Source of the DNA: Mustelus asterias
Lineage: Eukaryota
Length of the DNA stretch: 64,000 nucleotides
Direction: 5' to 3'
NCBI RefSeq assembly: GCF_964213995.1
Contig: NC_135815.1
Coordinates: forward strand, 8,370,001 to 8,434,000
Shown here: in pieces, positions 58,554-64,000 of the stretch
How positions within the stretch are numbered: position 1 is the stretch's first letter
How the letters are laid out: the number at the start of each line of letters is the position of its first letter
Translations under genes and position numbers: made by a program
The notes under the pieces: generated by a model
Database searches by the model: none
Told to the model about the DNA's origin: nothing
What the model saw: only the letters and a program-made list of their open reading frames with translations

Positions 58554-59764
58554 CTGGTTCACAGGGAAGAGAAAGAAAAAGATTATTCCACGCTGCTCAG
58601 TAAACGTCCTAACACACCTGCACCAGGCAAAGGCAAAGCACCTGTGATAGGATTTGATTTGATTTATCATTGTCGCATGTATTAGCATACAGTGAAAAGT
58701 ATTTTTTCTTGCTTGCTATACAGAGAGAGCATACCGTTCATAGAGAAGGAAAGGAGAGAGTACAGAATGTAGTGTTACAGTCATAGCTAGGGTGTAGAGA
58801 AAGATCAACTTAATGCAAGGTAGGTCCATTCAAAAGTCTGTTGGCAGCAGGGAAGAAGCTGTTCTTGAGTCGGTTTGGTACGTGTCCTCAGACTTTTATG
58901 TCTTTTTCCCGACGGAAGAAGGTGGAAGAGAGAATGTCCGGGGTGTGTGGGGTCCTTGATTATACTGGCTGCTTTTCCGAGGCAGCGGGAAGTGTAGACT
59001 CACTTTCCACTGCACATCTAAATACTTCTTCAATGTTATGAGGATCTCTGCCTCCACCACCCTTTCAGGCAGTGGGTTCCAGACTCCCACCACTCTGAGT
59101 GAAAAAGTTTTTCCTCACATCCCCTCTAAACCTCCTGCCTCTTACCTTCAATCTATGCCCCCTTCACTGATCCCTCCAGCAAGGGGAAAAGTTTCTTCCC
59201 CACCCCAGTCTCTGCTGTTCCAGGGGGAACAAACAGTCCCTCACTTTTACCTGTGTCTATATAACAGAACAACGTTTACATGCAGCAACATCTAAGTGGT
59301 AACCTGTGTGCTAAACCTGCTAGCTGGTATAACAGAGAGGTACTAATCACAGCACTCTACATGACAAGAACATTCCTTCCTTTTTGACTGGCTCCACTCT
59401 GACCTGCAGGGTAACTTAAACCAAAGTCAGTGCCGCCTCTAACCCTCAACCGCTGGGAGGGCTGTATTTGTAGCATTGAAATTTGGTTCAGCGTGTTTGG
59501 AAGATCATCAAATTTGCAACATTCGACGTGCCCAGAGGTGGCGCTGTTGCAGGAACTCTGTCAAGAAGCAACAGCAGCGATATAGACTGCCTACCTAGAG
59601 GACGCCCATGTCCATCTTAATCTGGCTCTTTGGTCATGAGAGGATTCACAGAAGACAACAACATCACTTACAGCTAGGACACAGACAAACAACGAGCTAG
59701 GGCTAGAGGTGGTTAGAGGCCTTAACTACACAAAAACTCATTGACTATTAAAGAGGTGTTGCAT

Positions 59765-60100
59765 ACTTGTGTCTCCTCTTGTCGGGGAGACTAGGACGAA
59801 GAGATACAATTGAAGAATCAAAGGTCTTCCTTTTAAGATGGAGATGAGGAGAAATCTTTTCTCTCAGAGGGTCATTCATCTGTGGGATTCTGTTCCCCAA
59901 GAGAGCGGGCGGTGGGGGAGCGAGTTATTGAATTTATTTAAGGCTGAGTTAGATTTGAGATTATTCAGAGAGTGAAGGGTTATGGGGGATAGACAGGAGG
60001 TGGAGTTGGGATCATATTCAGATCAGCCATGATCTTACTGAATGGCGGAGCAGGCTCGAGGGGCTGAATGGCCTCCTCCAGCTCCAAAGTCCAACATTCC
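59765..60100 (+). mobile_element. Old CR1 3' fragment
   Basis: gagatgaggagaaatc...gatcagccatgatcttactgaatggcggagcaggctcgagggg. Confidence 0.65.
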
Positions 60101-61816
60101 TACTTCCCTCTGCTTGTTCTTGCCTCCAGTGAAGCATAATGCAGCACAGACTAGTCTTTCTGCTCATAGACACAGAGTGCCTCATACATTATAACCCACA
60201 GCTTTCACATCGATGATGTTGCACAGGGTTAATGATCCTTGCGTTTAGTGCAGAGTAAGTGTCTGGCCTTTTCAGCCTGGATGTTTTAAGTGGTTGTGAC
60301 ATTACTGCCTGATTTCAAGTTGGCTACACAACAGTGAAAATTCACCAGAACACTCAAAAAAAAGTACTCGCAGCAAAATAAACTCCCCGTCTGGGATCCA
60401 ATTTCGCTCATTTTAAATTTGCTCCATTGTTAAAAATTTGAATTCAATGCAATCGATCCCAGAAGGCCTGATGGGACCAAAATATCACACATGTGACTGT
60501 GATTGTCCTGTTTTACATCCCACCCGATTTTAAACTTCCGCCCAATTTACACCCTCCCCGATAAACTCCCAATTTACACCCCCGATAAACTCCTGTCCAA
60601 TTTACACCCCCCCGATAAACTCCCGCCCAATTCACACCCTCCTGATTTACATTTCGCCTGATGCACACCACACCTCTTTTTATTTTTAATTAATTTCAAT
60701 TGAGAGTTAAGACCTGGTGTGGAATGAAAAGGGGTCGATCTGATTCTGTCAGTCCTCCACTGGTTATAATGATCCCTTGTACGTGATTCCCAGTGGCCCC
60801 ACGGTGCACACTCCCTCAGAGACAGAGTTTGGACACTCCAGCCCAAGTGGGTACGGTATTTATCGGCACCGGTCTGTCCCAGGGGGACAACGGACGCTGC
60901 CCAGGGTGTAAATCGCTTCTGTACTGAACACAGTCTATGGTGGCTGATTCACCAGAGGCATTCCCTTCTGCAACTGACACAGATGAATAGCATTAGTGCG
61001 AGCTTGACTGATGTTTCTCTCCTTCCTGCGGGCTCGCTTTCCCACTATCCGGCCATTTCTTTTGTCCCCTGCCTTTTCCATGCCTTTCTGACTGTTTGTC
61101 TCCACGAACGATATTAAACTGAACAGTGTCAGTACATTCCTGATCTGCTTAGCAACTGGCGAACGAAGACATGCAAAGCGGTGTCTGTGCGCCAATCTTC
61201 TCTCCCTGATCTGACTCACTTGGAACAGATGCAATTTCATTAATTCAGTGCTGTGATATATAAATCACAACTCAATTACTGACAGGGCTTCAACAGTCAG
61301 AATAAATCTGAATGTACTCACAACTGGTGACTGCAAACATCTCATTTCTAATGGAGAAGATCAGGAGCAGAGATCCCTGATCCTCCATTTGCTCCTCAGT
61401 GACACCAAGGCCCAATCGTACCGCCCTCAGAATCAGACAATGCTAAGGGTGACCATTCAGCTCATCATTCCCGTGCTGGCCCTTTGAAAGAGCTTTTCAT
61501 TCCCCCACTCTCTCCTTGAATTTTATTAGTTGAGGACTTCCCGTTCTGCAGGTCATGACTCCTGTGGGGTCACGAGACGGAGTTTTGGGCTCGCTTGCCC
61601 CAGGGTAGTGATGGGGTTGGGGTTGAGATTGAATTCTTACAGTTCTTTTAAATCCTGGTGTTTGATTTTTCGAATGGTGGGTGTGGCCTAACGGATAGCG
61701 CTTTCAGACCGGATTGCTGCTGTTAAAAAAGCCAATCAAAATGTAGCGATTGTTTTTTGCGGTTTAAACACTTCCTGCCATGCTCAATCTCACCCCCACC
61801 ATTACCAGCTCCCCGT

Positions 61817-62123
61817 GGGGCAGCAAAGTGGCACTGCTGCCTCACAGCGCCAGAGACCCAAGTTCGATTCCCGGCTTGGGTCACTGTCTGTGTGGAGTCT
61901 GCACGTTCTCCCCGTGTCTGCGTGGGTTTCCTCCGGGTGCCCCAGTTTCCTCCCATAGTCTAAAAGACGTGCTGGTTAGGTGCATTGGCCATGCTAAATT
62001 CCTTCTCAGTGTACCCGAACAGGCGCCAGATTGTGGCGACTAGGGGATTTTCACAGCAACTTCATTGCAGTGTTAATGTGCGCCTACATATGACACTAAT
62101 AAATAAACTTTAAAATAAACTTT
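61817..62123 (+). mobile_element. V-SINE, tail B
   Basis: Ends cagtgtacccgaacaggcgcc...taataaataaacttt. Confidence 0.8.
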
Positions 62124-63136
62124 AGAAGAATTTTTAACATTTAAGAAAAACTTGGACGGGTTCATGGATGAGAGGGGTGTGGAGGGATATGGTCCAAGTG
62201 CAGGTCAGTGGGACTAGGCATAAAATGGTTCGGCACAGACAAGAAGGGCCAAAAGGCCTGTTTCTGAGCTGTAATTTTCTATGGTTCTAAGAAAACTCCC
62301 TCACAACTTTGGAATCTCCAAATTTTTGATTTTGGGGTCAGGTTCAGTCATGGGCATTGAAATGGGGTCACACACAGATAGAGTTTGGGGAGCGCTGTAC
62401 TAGTTACTATTGATTTGATTTGATTTGATTTATTATTGTCACATGTATTAGCGTACAGTGAAAAGTATTGTTTCTTGCACACGATACAAACAAAGCATAC
62501 CGTTCATAGAGAAGGAAAGGAGAGGGTGCAGAATATAGTGTTGCAGTCATAGCTAGGGTGTCGAGAAAGATCAACTTAATACGAAGAAGGTCTGATGGAA
62601 TTAAAGCGTTGTTAGAGAGTTTAAAAGAGTTAGAATAAAGTTTTAGAAGTATAGAACGAGAGGAAAAGATAGAATTAGAAGGGATGCTGGGCACAGTTTG
62701 CAAGAAGTCGCCACGCTCCGACAGCCAGCTTGGAGTTATCAATGAATCTGCTTCCAGGCAGCGCATTCCAGATCACAACTCATTGTGCAAAAATAATTCT
62801 CCCCCCCCTCCCCCCATTTATCTTGCTAATTGCCGTAAATCTTTGTTCTCTGATTACTGATCTGTGTCTCACCGGAAACAGCTTCTCCCTATTTACTGTA
62901 CCGTGACTTCAAACACCTCCAACAATCTCCCGTTAACCTTCTCTGCTCTAAAGGGAACCCCCACAGCTTCTCCAGTCTCTCCTTCTATGAAGCTGGCACC
63001 AAATGGTAACTCAAACCTGGCACCTGCCCGGTGTGCATGGCTCCAAAGCATACCCGGCAAAGCGGTTACCCGGCAAACCCCCGAGGAGCCAGGAGGCGAG
63101 CGGGTTCCTGAGTGCAATGTGAAATCGAGACATTAC

Positions 63137-63244
63137 CTGCCATCACAGATTCAGGTATGTTCTTCTCCTGGGCTAGAGGAGATTGTTCCGAGGCGGTGCT
63201 GACCATCTGCCCTCCGACCGCACTGCTTCCCAGTCCATCCATAT
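63137..63244 (-). CDS. ARFGEF3: ARFGEF3 exon (most 5' in the window; gene continues beyond 64000)
   Basis: (D)MDGLGSSAVGGQMVSTASEQSPLAQEKNIPESVMA; tttttag| acceptor, G|gtaatg donor; phase 1 to 1. Confidence 0.85.
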
Positions 63245-63494
63245 CTAAAAACCAAACACAATCAAACATACAGAATTTCTATGGCATGTTTACTGCAGAT
63301 TTCTATTGACACCTCCGTGTTAAAGTCTATCTACTCGACAAACAGAGTCTATTTAAACAATGCACTACAGCAAACAGTCTACAGAGTCTATTTAAACGAT
63401 TCCTTAAAGCAAATAGTCTACAGAGTCTATCTAAAAAGAATAATGAACTATAGCTAAACAGAACTCATGGCTGAAGCTACAGCAATGCTTCCCA

Positions 63495-63802
63495 GCAAGG
63501 TGGCACAGTGGTTAGCACTGCTGCCTCACAGCGCTGGGGACCCGGGTTCAATTCCCGGCTTGGGTCACTGTCTGCGCAGAGTCTGCACGTTCTCCCCGTA
63601 TCTGCGTGGGTTTCCTCCGGGTGCTCCGGTTTCCTCTCACAGTCTGAAAGATGTGCTGGTTAGGTGCACTGGCTGTGCTAAATTCTCCCTCAGTGTTACC
63701 CGAACAGGCGCCTGAGTGTGGCGACTAGGGGATTTTCACAGTAACTTCATTGCAGTGTTAATCTAAGCCCACTTGTCACAACAATAAATAAACTTAAACT
63801 AA
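63495..63802 (+). mobile_element. V-SINE, tail B
   Basis: Same structure as 61817-62123. Confidence 0.8.
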
Positions 63803-64000
63803 AAGCAGGGGAATCTCTACAGCAAGATGTATTGATTAGAAGATAAGTTATATAAATTAAAAATCAATCCCAGGCACTTACAGCAATGTGGCTTTGAGGT
63901 GCGACTGGTGGGATAATTAACCAATCATTTCCATTCTGGCTGGAAAAGGCCATCCTGGGTCCCTGGTGCTGAGAGGCAGCAGTGCTAACCACTGTGCCAC

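Noticed and set aside
60935-61240. 101-aa - strand ORF in non-repetitive intron sequence
   Set aside because: No recognisable domain, and exons 63137 and 58553 already join in frame. It may be non-coding regulatory DNA, but I cannot support that.
61329-61390. Small imperfect hairpin (aatggag..gatcagg / cctgatc-ctccatt)
   Set aside because: Too short and bulged to call a miRNA or snoRNA without conservation data.

Overview
Vertebrate genomic DNA, most likely from a shark or other elasmobranch (inferred from the V-SINE/HE1-type SINEs, DeuSINE-like SINEs and CR1 LINEs). It holds the 3' portions of two convergent genes. On the + strand are the last three coding exons of NHSL1 (3817-12479, likely poly(A) signal ~16134). 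On the - strand are the last 20 coding exons of ARFGEF3/BIG3 (63244 down to 20904, likely poly(A) signal ~17362). I assembled all exons by hand: every intron is GT-AG and the phases are compatible. Introns and UTRs are dense in retroposons. The most interesting observations are: (1) a full-length CR1 LINE with both ORFs intact, where a U_UUA_AAC slippery heptamer just before the ORF1 stop shifts -1 exactly into the ORF2 frame; (2) short TSD-flanked fold-back elements carrying minimal hammerhead-ribozyme motifs of the Penelope-like type, one with a motif on each strand; (3) 'tails-out' head-to-head retroposon pairs, one at a single reconstructable insertion site; (4) three solo LTRs, a templated 149-bp insertion, and a 9-copy PPPASPR coding minisatellite in NHSL1. 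Repeat boundaries are approximate and family names come from recognition, not database searches.
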